Source of the DNA: Octopus sinensis | Lineage: Eukaryota | Length of the DNA stretch: 64,000 nucleotides | Assembly (NCBI RefSeq): GCF_006345805.1 | Contig: NC_043000.1 | Coordinates: 126,356,001 to 126,420,000 of the forward strand | Direction of reading: 5' to 3' | In this document: positions 50,184 to 63,507 of the stretch, piece after piece | Numbering within the stretch: the first letter of the stretch is position 1 | How the letters are laid out: every line of letters begins with the position of its first letter | Made by a program: the position numbers and the translations under genes | The notes under the pieces: model-generated | Database searches by the model: none | What the model saw: only the letters and a program-made list of their open reading frames with translations | What the model was told of the DNA's origin: nothing

Positions 50184-52478
50184 GTGAGTGTATATTGCTA
50201 TATCATTACAGAAATATTTTGTATAAAAATACAAATATAGGCATGACCTTGTAGTTAAGAAGTTCACTGTGCAACCATGTGATTTAAAGAATTCAGTTCC
50301 ACTGTGCAGTCATCATCTTCATCATTTAACGTCTGCTTTCCATGCTAGCATGGGTTGGACGATTTGACTGAGGACTGGTGAACCAGATGGCTGCACCAGG
50401 CTCCAATCTGATCTGGCAGAGTTTCTACAGCTGGATGCCCTTCCTAAATCCAACCACTCCGAGAGTGTAGTGGGTGCTTTTATGTGCCATTGGTACAAGG
50501 GCCAGTCACGCAGTACTGGCAACGGCCATGCTCAAATGGTGCTTTTTATGTGCCACCTGCACAGGAGCCAGTCTGGCCACACTGGCAATGACCTCACTTG
50601 AATGTTTTTTCACGTGCCACCAGCATAAGTGTTAGTAAGGTGATGCAGGTAATGATCACGCTTGAATGGTGTTTTTAACGTGCCATTGGCACAGAGGCCA
50701 GCTTGTTGCTCTGGCAACAATCTCACTCAGATGATACTCATAGCAGTCCGCTAGCACGGATGCCAGACTTTGGTCAAGTCTCTTCTACTACAGTTCTGGG
50801 TCAACCAATACCTTGTGAGTAAATCTATTGAAGGACATTGACGATGTATCCACCAGTGTTAACCACTTAATGCATATTTCTCTCTCTCTCTCCTTCTGTC
50901 ACTTACCTCTCACATTCTTACTTACCCATCCATTCCACTTCTCTTTCATTCACCTTCCTGTAACTTCTCTTCCAACTTGGATAACCATAGTTACAACAAG
51001 ACACCTGTTCCTGTCTCTCCATCATACTTTAATCTCTTATCACCAGGCTTAAAGTCATGTCCCTTAATACTACCCCTACCTTGGTTGAAGGGTTTTCTCT
51101 TGCAAGCTTCTTGATAACTTCACTAGTGTCAGCCGTATGCAATAAGCATCCAGTACACACTGTAAAGATGTTGGAGTTAGGAAGGGCATCCAACTGTAAA
51201 ACCATGACAAAACAGACAATAGATTTTGGTGCAGTCCTCTGGCTTGCCAACTGTTGTCAGAATATCTAAGCATAATCCAAAAGGAAACTTAAGGAAAGGA
51301 CAATGTTTCAATAAATAGCAATTTTTTATTTTAATCAGTAGAAATTACAAAGTGACTCAAAGGCCAAGAGTCTCATGCTTTGGCATTTATCAAATGTTTG
51401 CTGCTACATGAAACTTGCAGCCTCTGAGTCATTTTCTAACTTCTGCCAATTAAAATAATCCTTTCTACTAAAGGTACAAAACCTGAAACTTTTGAGGAAG
51501 GGGCCAGTCGATTAGATCGACCCCAGTACACAAATGTTACTTATTTTATCAACCCCTGAAAGGATGAAAGGCAAAGTTAACCTTGGCAGAATTTGAACTC
51601 AGAAAGTAAAGATGGGCAAAATACCGCTAAGCATTTTGCTAATCATTCCGCCAGCTTGCCGCCTTACTTCAGTCAATTAAAATTAAAATATATATATTTA
51701 TACTTAGGTTTTGATTCATGGAAGCATGGAAAAATGGATATTAAAACGATGATGATGATGTTTTGAGTTCTATTTTCCTGTTTGTGTTACCAAATCCGGA
51801 CTTGCTGTTTTTCTTTTTCCACTACGTTATACATTTCTATTTTCATGTGCATAATACTTAAAGCTCCAAGAAGCATCTGACTGCAATCACAAAATTTTAT
51901 TTATCCCAAAACAAGTCTTCATTGGTTGTCAGTCTATAGCTGTGTGTCTATGGAAGAATTATAATGTTGTAAAAGTGGTAGAAATGAATATATATAAAGC
52001 AATTCAGCTTAAAATTTTACATTGAGCTAGAAGTCATGAAAGAACAATCAAACAGAGAAGCAAGTTAGTATTAATAATAATATCTTAAATTTTATTGGTC
52101 AGCAGGTATGGGATTTGAGTGGGGAACATTATGGTTTTATGAGAGAGCTTCTATCTAATTGTTCAATTTACTAGAAATAGCCTGAACAGTTTATCTCAAA
52201 CCATACCATACTGTTTCAAAAAAGGATATAGTGAATAATAAAATCTAGGAATGCTATATCTGAAAAAAAAAATGGGATGGTCTTGATTGGAATGTTTATG
52301 ATTATAGATACACGAATATTGCAACTAAATTCACAGTTCTGATAGTTTCCTATACAATGAAACCGCATCTCTTCTGAAATTTCATTACTATTTACGATGC
52401 GCAATGTAATTATTCCAATCTCATATTCTAAAATATGTTTTCTGATTGTCTATTCACATTGTTTTAACATTTTATCAG

Positions 52479-52558
52479 AGCCCATACTGAGGCAATAACT
52501 GGATGTTGTTTCTCTTCACAAGCCAAGGTCATTGTAACTGCATCCCATGACACAACAG
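52479..52558 (+). CDS. WD40 gene exon (AHTEAITGCCFSSQAKVIVTASHDTT)
   Basis: Acceptor attttatcAG, donor CAG|GTAGAG, phase 2/1, canonical WD40 strand pattern. Confidence 0.9.
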
Positions 52559-53139
52559 GTAGAGTTCATTGATATTTTTTTTGTTTTTTTGTTTTTCATT
52601 CCAACAATATTTTCTTTGATCATGCAATAAAAACATATTTGTTATTTCTGTCCTTCAGTTAATTTTGTTTTATCTGTCACTGAAAGCATATGAAAGCAAA
52701 ACCAGATTGAATGAACTTCCAGAAATTTAGATTACAATAATCTACATCATAGATAATAATCTACAGTTGTCACCTACTCTTCCCTTTCTTCTCTACTAAT
52801 CATCACTCAATATTTGTTCTTCATCAGTTATATGCAATAGAAGCAGTATTAAATTAAAGTAGTCTTCAATGTGTCATACTTAATGCAAATATATTGTGAA
52901 AGGCAAATTCACTGCAATATTTGTCCAGATATAATATTTCTTATGGGCATGCTGAGTTTAAAACACAATATATACTGGAAGCAGATGAAAATTGTCCCAT
53001 TGGTTAGAAAGAATGCGAGATGAATTTCTTCCTCAATGGGTTTTGTCAGTAATGAAGAGGTTGAAAGGAAAGGAGATAGATGTGGTAAGAAACATAATTT
53101 AGAATAGAGGCTTTCTTAATGGGGTCCAGATTCAGACAA

Positions 53140-53470
53140 TCAGGAAATATGGAGACCTGAAAATTGAGGTTGCTAAGATGTGGCAGCTAAGAGAGTCAAA
53201 CATAAAGGTTATCCCTATTGTCATCAGAGCATTGGGCTCAGTACCACCCAATCTGAAAAAAGAACATCTGAAAACCTTAGAGATAACCTACAATCTTGAT
53301 GTATTGCAAATGTCAGCATTACTTGGAACTGCATGCATATTGTGTAAAGTACTGTCTGTCTGAGGTCCTTGTTGTGACTTGACAAACAGTACAAACCCCT
53401 GGTAGATACAATATCTTCAATCAACAACTTGGCGATATTGTTTATTATGCGATGTCTATGATAAAAATAA
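53140..53470 (+). mobile_element. Second R4/Dong-like 3' end with a (TAA/CAA)n tail
   Basis: KYGDLKIEVAKMWQL...VIPIVIRALGSVP...LQMSALLGTACILCKVLSV* followed by an AAT/AAC array. Confidence 0.75.
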
Positions 53471-53650
53471 TAATAATAATAACAATAACAATAACAACAA
53501 TAATAATAACAACGACAACAACAATAATAACAATAATAATAATAATAACAATAACAATAATGATGATAATAAAGGATCAAAATGGCTGTAACAATATTGA
53601 AAATGATGTGCTAATATTTTATATTTTGCTTATGAATTATTTTCATCCAG

Positions 53651-53816
53651 TGAAAGTCTGGAGTTCAATTGGTGGATTGCTACATGTTTTCCATGAACAC
53701 ACAAGATCTGTATCCAATCTTCAGCTCCACCCAGAAAACTCTCTTATGTTCATAACAAGCTCTCAGGATGGAACCATAAGAATTTGGTCTCTAGAGACAA
53801 TGGATTGTCTTTACTG
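53651..53816 (+). CDS. WD40 gene exon (VKVWSSIGGLLHVFHEHTRSVSNLQLHPENSLMFITSSQDGTIRIWSLETMDCLY)
   Basis: Acceptor ttttcatccAG, donor TG|GTAGGT, phase 1/2, complete WD40 repeat. Confidence 0.93.
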
Positions 53817-54734
53817 GTAGGTCAGTTTAAAATCCATCCATCCATCCATTCATCCATTCATCATGAAGAGTCATCAGAGATTGTGTGGCTTAAAATCAGC
53901 CCTGCTTGAGCAGGGCTAACTTCTATCTACACAACTTCTATCTACAGGGCTAACTTCTCTCTACAGGGCTATCTACACAACAACATCACCTTCCTGCTTT
54001 AGTTTTACCTCTTTAGTCTTCTTTCTTGTTTCTTTTCCTGTTGTAGTTTATTGTAGTTTATTTTGACTTTTTGGGTACTTCAGTTTTGCCAAATGATAAA
54101 TACAATACTCCAAGTATTTTTATTTCTATCTAAGAATGGTAATTATATTTAATGTAAACCTGAATTTTGCAATGATTCAATTTTGATGAAAATATTTTCC
54201 TTATCTTCCTTGAACAGATTCATCAATATTTATTAACCTATTCAAATATTCATGAAAACCAATTATGTATAATGAGATGCATCAATGCCTTACAACTTAC
54301 AAACCTAAAATATTTTCGTATTTCTTTTGTGGCAAAATACTTTTGTTGTGTCTTGATGTGTCTATTTGTTTTTCTTCTGTGAAGAGGAGAATATCTTTTC
54401 CATATTTAGTTATTTTATAACAATAATAATTAAAATTCAACTGTAGCATTAAATTTAATCTAATTTATATATATTTCATTGATAATAAAATTATAAATTA
54501 TAAAATTTCCAAACATATAAACAAATATCAAATCCCTTCAAAAGCCTGCCAAAATGTAACAAACCAAATTTTAATCTCATTCACTTTAATAGCTATATGT
54601 ATACTGGCTTATGGCTGTAACCTAGAATTAAGAAAAAACTTCTTGAATGGGGAAGAATTTTTTCATAAACATTTGAATGTTTGTAACAGCTTTCACAAGT
54701 GCCAGTATTTAAATTTCCACACACATCTCACTTC

Positions 54735-55115
54735 TTCTTTATGCCTTTAACCCTCCAACGCGGAGTGTAGGCCACTTATAGTTGAATTCCATGTCGCATA
54801 ATTTTTGGCTTCTGTACTTATACTCTGCCATGAACGTCCCCCTTTCTCTAGTTCCTTTTGTGTTAATCTCTGCCATGAGTTCTTAGGCCTACCTCTCCTT
54901 CTATATCCATCCGGTTTCCACTGTAAAGCACTTTTCGTTACATTTGGTGTGTCTTTTCTAATTGTGCTACCAATCCACTTCCACTTTTTCTTAAATATTT
55001 GCTCCCTAATCGAAACTTCATTTGTTCTTTGCCATAACTCCATATTGCTTATGTGTTCGGGCCATCTAATTTTAAATATACTACGCAAGCATCTGTTGAT
55101 GAATCTCACACTTAA
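54735..55115 (-). mobile_element. RTE LINE 3' fragment
   Basis: FINRCLRSIFKIRWPEHISNMELW...WKWIG...WKPDGYRRRGRPKNSW. Confidence 0.85.
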
Positions 55116-55558
55116 AGTTAATAAGGAACCTTTATTTAGTTGCTCAACCTGTGAGAAGTAGCAGACAAATGACCCACAATGAAAGTCTACCATCTTAAAA
55201 AATTGAAGGCATATGGGAACAATGTAGTCATAAATATATAAAATGACAGAATAGTCACAGCTGAAAAACTTTTGATCATAGGCCTGCTTGATCAGGGCTA
55301 ATTTACCTAGGGCTACATATCAACAACATCTTCATTCATTAGTTTTACTTCCATATTCGCTTCAATCATTTCTTTATCTGTTGTAGTTTCTTGCAGTTTA
55401 TTCCAACCTTTAGTGAGCTATGCCAAGGTTTTTTTTTATTCTTATTAAAGAATTGCAATTATATTTAATGAAAGCTTAAATTATTCATAGAAACAATTTT
55501 GGTGAAACTATTTTCCTTATTGGTTCATAAAATGAATTCACAGAATATTTTATTTCAG

Positions 55559-55771
55559 TGCTCTTGTGTCTGGCAATAATAATCCCATGTGGATGTTTTT
55601 TACTGATGAAAATCAATTGGTCACATGCACAGCTGAAGAGATTTCTGTTTGGTTCCTTAACTACTTTGTTAACTTTTGGGGATTAATGCGCTCTAGTGTG
55701 TCACACATGTCATTACAATATGGAACTGCACCGAAAACTACAAGACTCTTGGCTGTCGGAGATGATGGAAG
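55559..55771 (+). CDS. WD40 gene exon (ALVSGNNNPMWMFFTDENQLVTCTAEEISVWFLNYFVNFWGLMRSSVSHMSLQYGTAPKTTRLLAVGDDG)
   Basis: Acceptor ttttatttcAG, donor AG|GTAAGC, phase 2/2. Confidence 0.88.
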
Positions 55772-56181
55772 GTAAGCGTTAATGTATTTCTGAGTAGATA
55801 ACAAATAATGCTTAAATTAAGAAGTCTTTCTGTACAATTCTCTTTTACTTGTTTCAGTCATTTGACTGTGGCCATGCTGGAGCACCACCTTTAGTCGAGT
55901 AGATTGACCCCAGGACTTATTCTTTGTAAGCCTAGTACTTTTTCTATCAGTCTCTTTTGCCAAACCACTAAGTTACAGGGACACAAACACACCAGCATTG
56001 GTTGTCAAGCGATGTTGGGGGAACAAACACACACACACAAACACACACACATATATATATACAAATATATACAACGGGCTTCTTTCAGTTTCTGTCTACC
56101 AAATCCACTCACAAGGCTTTGGTCGGCCCGAGGCTATAGTAGAAAACACTTGCCCAAGGTGCCCACTTTGAGAACCTATGT

Positions 56182-57502
56182 GGTATAGTTTGTGATCTAC
56201 ACCAAATTTTTGATCTACATTTAAAATTCATCTATTTATTTGACTTCTGGTTGGTTTGGTATATAAACCGAAAAAACTTTTATGATTTAAGAACTTTTAG
56301 TCGTGAGCCCATTGAAAGAAGTCCCGATGAGAGTAAAAGAATTTTAGACACAGGTTATTCGAAATGAAGAAGCTGCAATAGAACTTCTCCAGTACTATGA
56401 ACTCTTTGATGAACATCGAGATATTGATCCATGCAGCAAATGTGGAGAAGAAATGGTGGGAAAATGAAGAATAAGACGTGAAGCCAGTCCTGTTTTTTGC
56501 TGCACAAAGAGGGTATGCCAAACATTTAGGTCTGTGCGTTGTGGAAATATATTTTTCCATTACACTGAATTGAATAGGAAAATCAATTGTAAACTGACTT
56601 TATGTGAAATTTTGGAACTAGTCTTTTATTTTGTAAAATATCATCCATTTAATTTAACTGAAGAAATGACTGGAAGGAGCAAGAGAACTATATGCGACTG
56701 GTTCAATGTGTGCAGAGAAGTCTGCCCCTCAATTGTGTCTGTCAATAACAGAGGACAAATGGTAGGAACTATCAAAAATCCTGTTCAGATAGATGAGATA
56801 CATTTTGCTGGAAGAAGAAAATATAATTGAGGTCATCTTACTGGTGATCAAAGCCCTGAATCAACTGACAGTGAGGCAGATGTTGTGAAAATAGAAATCA
56901 TGGATGAAGAATAGGTGGTTCATGGGTCTTTCAAACTTAAAAATGGCTTAGATTGTCACTATTTTTTTATGTTCTAAAAAGAGACAGAGCTACTCTAGAG
57001 CCAATTATCCTAAGAGAAGTGCAAGCAGGATCTGTCATCCACTCAGATGAATGGCCGGTATATTCAAATCTAAATAGATATTACATCCATTCCAATGTCA
57101 AAGCTATGTTAATTGTCAAGATGGAACATATACGTAGAACATTGAGCGATTGTGGCTAGAAACTAAAATTCGTCTTCTCAAAAAAATGAGAGGTGTTCCA
57201 TTGAAACTATTTCAATTTCATTTAGATTTCATTTGTTGGAAGATTTTAAGATCAAATGAGAAAAATCTCTTTATTGCATTTTTAAATGATATCCGTGCTG
57301 TATACAAATTGTCACAGTATCCATGTTTCTTGTATGAAATAAAAATCAATAAAAAATGTCTTTTTCTTTTATTTTTTAAAAGTTTAACTCACTCCTCTAA
57401 TTATAATTGTAAATTTATAACAAAACTTTGAATGTTTATCATAAGCCAGTCTAGATTTAAGTTGCTGAAGATTGCAATAGCATGTAGATCACATACTACA
57501 CT
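56182..57502 (+). mobile_element. Merlin (IS1595/ISXO2-like DDE) DNA transposon with both TIRs; transposase disrupted
   Basis: TICDWFNVCREVC, PVQIDEIHFAGRRKYN, RDRATLEPIILREVQAGSVIHSDEWPVYSNL, KMRGVP. TIRs GGTATAGTTTGTGATCTACA and TGTAGATCACATACTACACT. No matching TSD. Confidence 0.85.
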
Positions 57503-57997
57503 GGCATTCATTGAGAAGATACCAACACTTCTCTACATAGCAGCTAGCCTTTTGTACAGAGAGAAAGCTATTTTTCAGTAAGAGCAGCTATTATAGTGAT
57601 TATATTTTTTCTTCTTCTATTGCTATTTTTTTTAATTGACCAGACTATCAGATGTTGTTACACATCAGTGGTCACAATGTGCCTTGCATTATTTTTGCCT
57701 TTGAATGGTGCCACTCCACTGGCTAAACAAGAAGGCCAACATTCCACCTTGTTCAAAAAGGGGATTGGAGCAATGTGAAATTAAGTGTTTTGTTCAAGAA
57801 AACAATGCACCACCTAGTATGGGAATTGAACCCATGATCTGGTGACTGCAAGTGCAACATCCTCACCACTAGGCCATGCACCTTCACTCAATTGCTATTA
57901 CACTGCCTAAAATATGCACCTAGATTGTGCATCATTTAGATCATATATACTTTCAAAACTGTACCAGTTCCATTATTAGTTCATTTATTTTTTACAG

Positions 57998-58159
57998 TAT
58001 ACGTTTGTTTGCCCAAAAAAGTCACAAAAAGCTGTGTACCATTCTTCCTCCTCCATGTTTGTCACCCCTTGAAGAACTTCCAGGATTTTGTTACAGTAGA
58101 GACCTGAATCTTGTCTATTTGCTTCTTTCAACTGATATACTGTGGATTTATACTTCAAG
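57998..58159 (+). CDS. WD40 gene exon (IRLFAQKSHKKLCTILPPPCLSPLEELPGFCYSRDLNLVYLLLSTDILWIYTS)
   Basis: Acceptor atttttttacAG, donor AG|GTATGA, phase 2/2, completes GDDGS-IRLF. Confidence 0.87.
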
Positions 58160-59118
58160 GTATGACAATGACAGCTTATTTATGTTTTATTTCTAAAACT
58201 GGTGGTATTTTACAGGTTTCTTTAATATCCTCTCAGAAGAAAGAACAACACAAATGTTTTAAAGCCATTTTCCATACTAAAATAGGAATTAGTCTTAGAG
58301 GCCTCATGCAAGTGACTTTTCAATTTTGTGCTATCCTCTGCATCTCCCTTCACCTTTATCTCTTATTTCTTTATTTCTTTACTGCCCACAAGGGGCTACA
58401 CACAGAGGGGACAAACAAGGACAGACAAAGGGATTAAGTTGATTACATTGACCCCGGTGCATAACTGGTGCTTAATTTATCGACCCCGAAAGGATGAAAG
58501 GCAAAGGCGACCTCAGCGGAATTTGAACCCAGAACATAGCGGCAGACGAAATACTGCTAAGCATTTTGCCCGGTGTGCAAACGTTTCTGCCAGCTCGCCA
58601 CCTTTGTTTCTACTACCACCATCTTTAATCATCTTATCTTTCTCAGTCTTCCTCTTCTTCTGTTTTCTTCCACATTCCCTTCCACCTCTCCTCCCATCCA
58701 GTCATTTCAGCCATCCTTAGCACAGGATTCATCTATCTTATCCCATTTCTTTTCACAACATTCATCACTAGCTCTAATCCCATCATTCTCTGCAATTCAT
58801 TGTTGGTCATCCTCTCTCTCTTTCGAAAATACTCTTCTACCAAGCCATTCTCATTTCCATTCTCTCTGTTTCCTACTCTGAAGCTCTACATTCATTACCC
58901 ATGTTTATCAACCATAAATTATAGCACTCCTTATACATATAGATAAAATGATGCAATATTTACCAATGAGGAATCACGTTGGAGGCTATGGTGTGAGCAT
59001 CATCATCATCATCTGCATTAAATACACTGTCTTCTGATGAATCTATAAACATTATTTATACCTTTTACTTCACTGTTTATTTTTCTATTTCAATTTGATC
59101 ACACATATCTGGTTTCAG

Positions 59119-59196
59119 ATCCGATCCAGCATGTCGTTTGGCTGTATGGAATATTAAGAAAATTCAATCAAATATCTTAACCAAGACTAAACAATA
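59119..59196 (+). CDS. WD40 gene exon (SDPACRLAVWNIKKIQSNILTKTKQ)
   Basis: Acceptor ggtttcAG, donor TA|GTAAGT, phase 2/2. Confidence 0.82.
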
Positions 59197-59807
59197 GTAA
59201 GTATACATGATGCATAAGTAGGTGGCCTGAGTTCAATTCCTGGCATGGGAGCTCATTCTTTTTAATGGCAATGCCCCAGTATGGCCATATCCTCTAGCTG
59301 AAACCAATGCAATAATAAAAGAATACTCTTTTACTCTCTTTTACTTGTTTCAGTCATTTGACTGTGACCATGCTGGAGCACTGCCTTTAGTCGAGCAAAT
59401 CGACCCCAGGACTTATTCTCTGTAAGCCTAGTACTTATTCTATCGGTCTTTTTTGCTGCACCACTAAGTTATGGAGACGTAAACACACCAGCATCAGTTG
59501 TCAAGTGATGTTGGGGGGGGGGGACAAACACAGACACACAAACATATACACACACATACATATATATATACATATATACGACGGGCTTCTTTCAGTTTCC
59601 GTCTACCAAATCCACTCACAAGGCTTTGGTTGGCCTGAGGCTATAGTAGAAGACAATTACCCAAGGTACCATGCAGTGCGACTGAACCCAGAACCATGTG
59701 GTCCATTAGCAAACTACTTACCACTCAACCACTCCTACGCCTATATAAATGATTTTTGCACTAGGATTGATTACCTATAAACATTCCAAACCAAAGATGG
59801 AGCTGCA

Positions 59808-59860
<53 letters not shown>

Positions 59861-60279
59861 TGCACACACACACAATTGTAATTGGTTTTGTAGAATTTCT
59901 GATGTTCTAATCCTATGAAGAGAGATAGTGTTGATAGCTCTATACTAATGTAAGCATATGTATGTTTTCATGCAATATATGTACCAGATTTTGTTTTAAC
60001 TAAATCCAAGGAAGAATTTGGATGAAGACTCTTAACTTAATCTTGCTGAAGAGCCAAATTAATTCTTTTTCACGAGGTGATAAAAACATGCTTGAAATAG
60101 GGCCACAATGTATAAGCACTTCTATCAAGGCTCAGATCTCACTATAGAATTTAAATTCAGTACAGTAGGCCAATGAAATATTTATTGTGTCTTACACATA
60201 ATAAAATTGATATAATCAGCCTCAGCATATAACTGGTACTTGATATATATTATTTCAATTTCTTTTTATCTTTAATTAG

Positions 60280-60448
60280 CTCATCTGTGGCGAATAATGG
60301 TACATTTCTTACACCAGCTGCTGACCTTGTCTCAGAAGAAATAAGTCAATGCATATCAATTGGTTTCTTATCTTCTCCAGTAGAAATATCTCCAGAATCC
60401 AGCACAGATTCCATCAATTCTGATCATTTCTTACTCTGGGGACTGAAG
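60280..60448 (+). CDS. WD40 gene exon (SSVANNGTFLTPAADLVSEEISQCISIGFLSSPVEISPESSTDSINSDHFLLWGLK)
   Basis: Acceptor tctttttatctttaattAG, weak donor AAG|GTTTGA, phase 2/0, joins as LLWGLK-DGRILF. Confidence 0.75.
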
Positions 60449-61971
60449 GTTTGACATGTTTTCTGTTTTTTTTGCCGTTGATGTTGTTATTATCATTCGT
60501 TCGAAATGAGTGTTTAAGTTTATGCATCTCTCATGCATACACACTACATTTTTACTTATTTATTAATGATTTAATTAAAGAAAGTTTGTACTTGGAGGAA
60601 ATAATTAGAGTGATACTAAAGTGTCATCTGTACACCCTAACAATCTAAGTAATACCAAGATTTATTGATTCTGAACAGAAGTGGAATGATCATGTTCTGT
60701 AGTTGATCATTGCATCAATTCTTTTGTTAGTGATGTGGGCCCCAGAAAATCTTTGAACTTAAGAATAAAAGTCTGTTGCGTATTCTCTTACAAATTTTTC
60801 CTGAAAAGTTTTTGTGAGGATGTATGATGAAATTACAAGGTACTTCAACAGGGTGATAGCACTTTTATTACATCTATGGAAGAGAGGAAGGCACATCTTA
60901 GAATAACTTTTCTAATGGGAGCTGTGCATTCTCCAAGATGCAGAGACTATGGAATGCAAAATCAGTGAGGAGACAGGAAATCGATACACAGGAATCAATA
61001 TCTTGTACATATTTGTGAAAATATCTGCATGTAATCAACTTAGCTATATTCAACCTACTTAGGTAGGTGAAAGTGATATGACGAGTAAAAATGAGCAACA
61101 AAAAGAAATCACATTCACAATGTACACCAACAATCATTATATTGTGTCAAGAAATTTCATCCAAATTCATACAAGAGCAATCGATTGCTTTCCATTAATA
61201 TCTGTAGTTTCTAACAAGATTGAGAGATTTATATAGAGAAAGCACTTCAGGAATTTAAGAGTTAATGTGTAAGTAGGCAAGCATTCTGCAGACATGTCTA
61301 CCCTTAATGTAATTCTTATACAGAATCAGCATGACACATAAGGCAGCAAGCTGGCAGAAACGTTAGCATGCCGAGCGAAATGCTTAGCAGTATTTCGTCT
61401 GCCACTACGTTCTGAGTTCAAATTCCGCCGAGGTCAACTTTGCCTTTCATCCTTTTGGGGTCGATTAAATAAGTACCAGTTACACACTGGGGTCGATATA
61501 ATCGACTTAATCCGTCTGTTTGTCCTTGTTTGTCCTCTCTGTGTTTAGCCTCTTGTGGGTAGTAAAGAAATAGGTATTTCATCTGCTGCTACGTTCTGAG
61601 TTCAAATTCTGCCAAGGTCGACTTTGCCTTTCATCCTTTTGGGGTCGATACGCACTGGGGTCGATATAATCGACTTAATCCATTTGTCCTTCTTTGTCTC
61701 CTCTGTGTGTAGCCCCTTGTGGGCAGTAAAGAAATAAGAATCAGCATGACACACTCTGTGACAAACCTGAATCATTTGAATTACAGGTATAATAATCCAT
61801 CTGGCAGGCTTCCTTACAGTTTCCATTTATTCAGTTTCACCCACAAGGAATGGGTCAACATGAGGTTCTAGAGAAGAGTATTTTCTCAAGATGTCATCCC
61901 GTGGGGATCAAACCTGATTCTTTATGGCTGCAAAACAAGTTTCTTAACCATTTAGCCAAACAGCATCTGTG

Positions 61972-62017
<46 letters not shown>

Positions 62018-62065
62018 TGTGTGTGTGTGTACGTGCGCATGTGTGTGTGTGAATTTAAGCTTGAT

Positions 62066-62450
62066 AGTTCATGATGTCATTATCAAACTCCACCTGTCTA
62101 ACACCTGTGGACATGTTTACAAAGTCAGAAAACAGCACAGCTCCCATGACTTTCGGAAACATTTTTTCATGCTAAGAGTTGCTGAAGCATGGAACAAACT
62201 GCCAGCATCAGTTGTTACTTGTTATAGCACTGCATCCTTCAAAACTTCCATGCTTCCTGAGATTCACCAACACTACACCTGATTTTCTCCCCTCCATACA
62301 CATGCAAGCATGTATCTGACTCATACACTGTTCACTTTCCAGACATTTGTACATTACTGCATATGCTTTATATGCACTTTTGACAAGTTGTGGTGCACCT
62401 GAGCACTGTATACAATAATTTCATTATTATTCATTATCATTATTATTACT
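62066..62450 (+). mobile_element. CR1-type LINE 3' end with an ATT-rich tail
   Basis: GHVYKV...FRKHFFMLRVAEAWNKLPASVV...SFK. Confidence 0.75.
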
Positions 62451-62739
62451 CTGAGTTTCCCCAGCACCATTCATTCAGATGTAAATTTGAGCAACTGTTT
62501 ATAAGACAGCAATTTCTTTCATATCTCTACAAAAACATTTAACAGCAGCATACTAGAAAAAATGCTTCAAATTTAGCTTTATCAGCATCACTCAAACATT
62601 ATATTAACAGTCAACAATAACAACACACACATACATACATACATACATACATACATACATACATACATACATACATACATACATACATACATACATACAT
62701 ACATGTGTGTGTGTGTGTGGTGTGTGTGTGTGTGTGTTG

Positions 62740-62770
<31 letters not shown>

Positions 62771-62854
62771 TGTGTGTGTGTGCATGCATATAATTTTATA
62801 TGTATACCTTTAATGTTCCTAATGTTTATATATATTTCCTTTCTTCATTAATAG

Positions 62855-62929
62855 GATGGCAGAATTTTATTTATGGATCCAATAAAGAAAGGAATCAAGC
62901 ACATGGAACTAAAGGCTTCAAAAGGTCCT
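62855..62929 (+). CDS. WD40 gene exon (DGRILFMDPIKKGIKHMELKASKGP)
   Basis: Acceptor ttcttcattaatAG, donor CT|GTACGT, phase 0/0. Confidence 0.83.
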
Positions 62930-63287
62930 GTACGTATTTTTTAAGATGATATCATGGCTAAGAATATCCTAATGATTGCAGTAATTTGCTTATGTTCCCA
63001 TTTATAAAATATCATTAAGACAACACAAAACAGAATATAATTACATTTTTGAGATGTGCTATTACTTGCATAATAGCAATTTATTGTAGTAATAAACCTA
63101 AATGTACAATCATTTAATCTACTTAATGGTTTGGTAGAAGAAACTTAGACCCAAGTGCAAGCAATGAAATTGCAGCTGGCAACACATAGTTCTATCTACA
63201 TCATTAATCCACCAATCTTTTATCTTCAATCTTGTCATAAAGAAGAGTATAAAGGATAGTAGTATAAAGAAGTTCCAGTCATTTTAA

Positions 63288-63507
63288 TCCTTTCGTTACC
63301 AACCTGGCTGAAACTGACTCTGGCTCTGTAGTACAAATGTCTTGTTTTCAAAAGTTTTGAATGAAAATCTTCCACCAAACCTTACTCACAATTTAAGTTC
63401 TTGAAACTAGCTCATGATAACTAAGTCATTTTACTAAATTATTTGTTATAGTTAAAGTAATTGAAAGAAACACGGAGCATCTCAAAATAAATACAATAAC
63501 GAAAGGG
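63288..63507. mobile_element. piggyBac-type MITE
   Basis: TTAA|TCCTTTCGTTACC ... ATAACGAAAGGG|TTAA. Confidence 0.8.

Noticed and set aside
60800-61130. Minus-strand ORF 60898-61137
   Set aside because: At most a very decayed L2/CR1 3' remnant, too degenerate to call.
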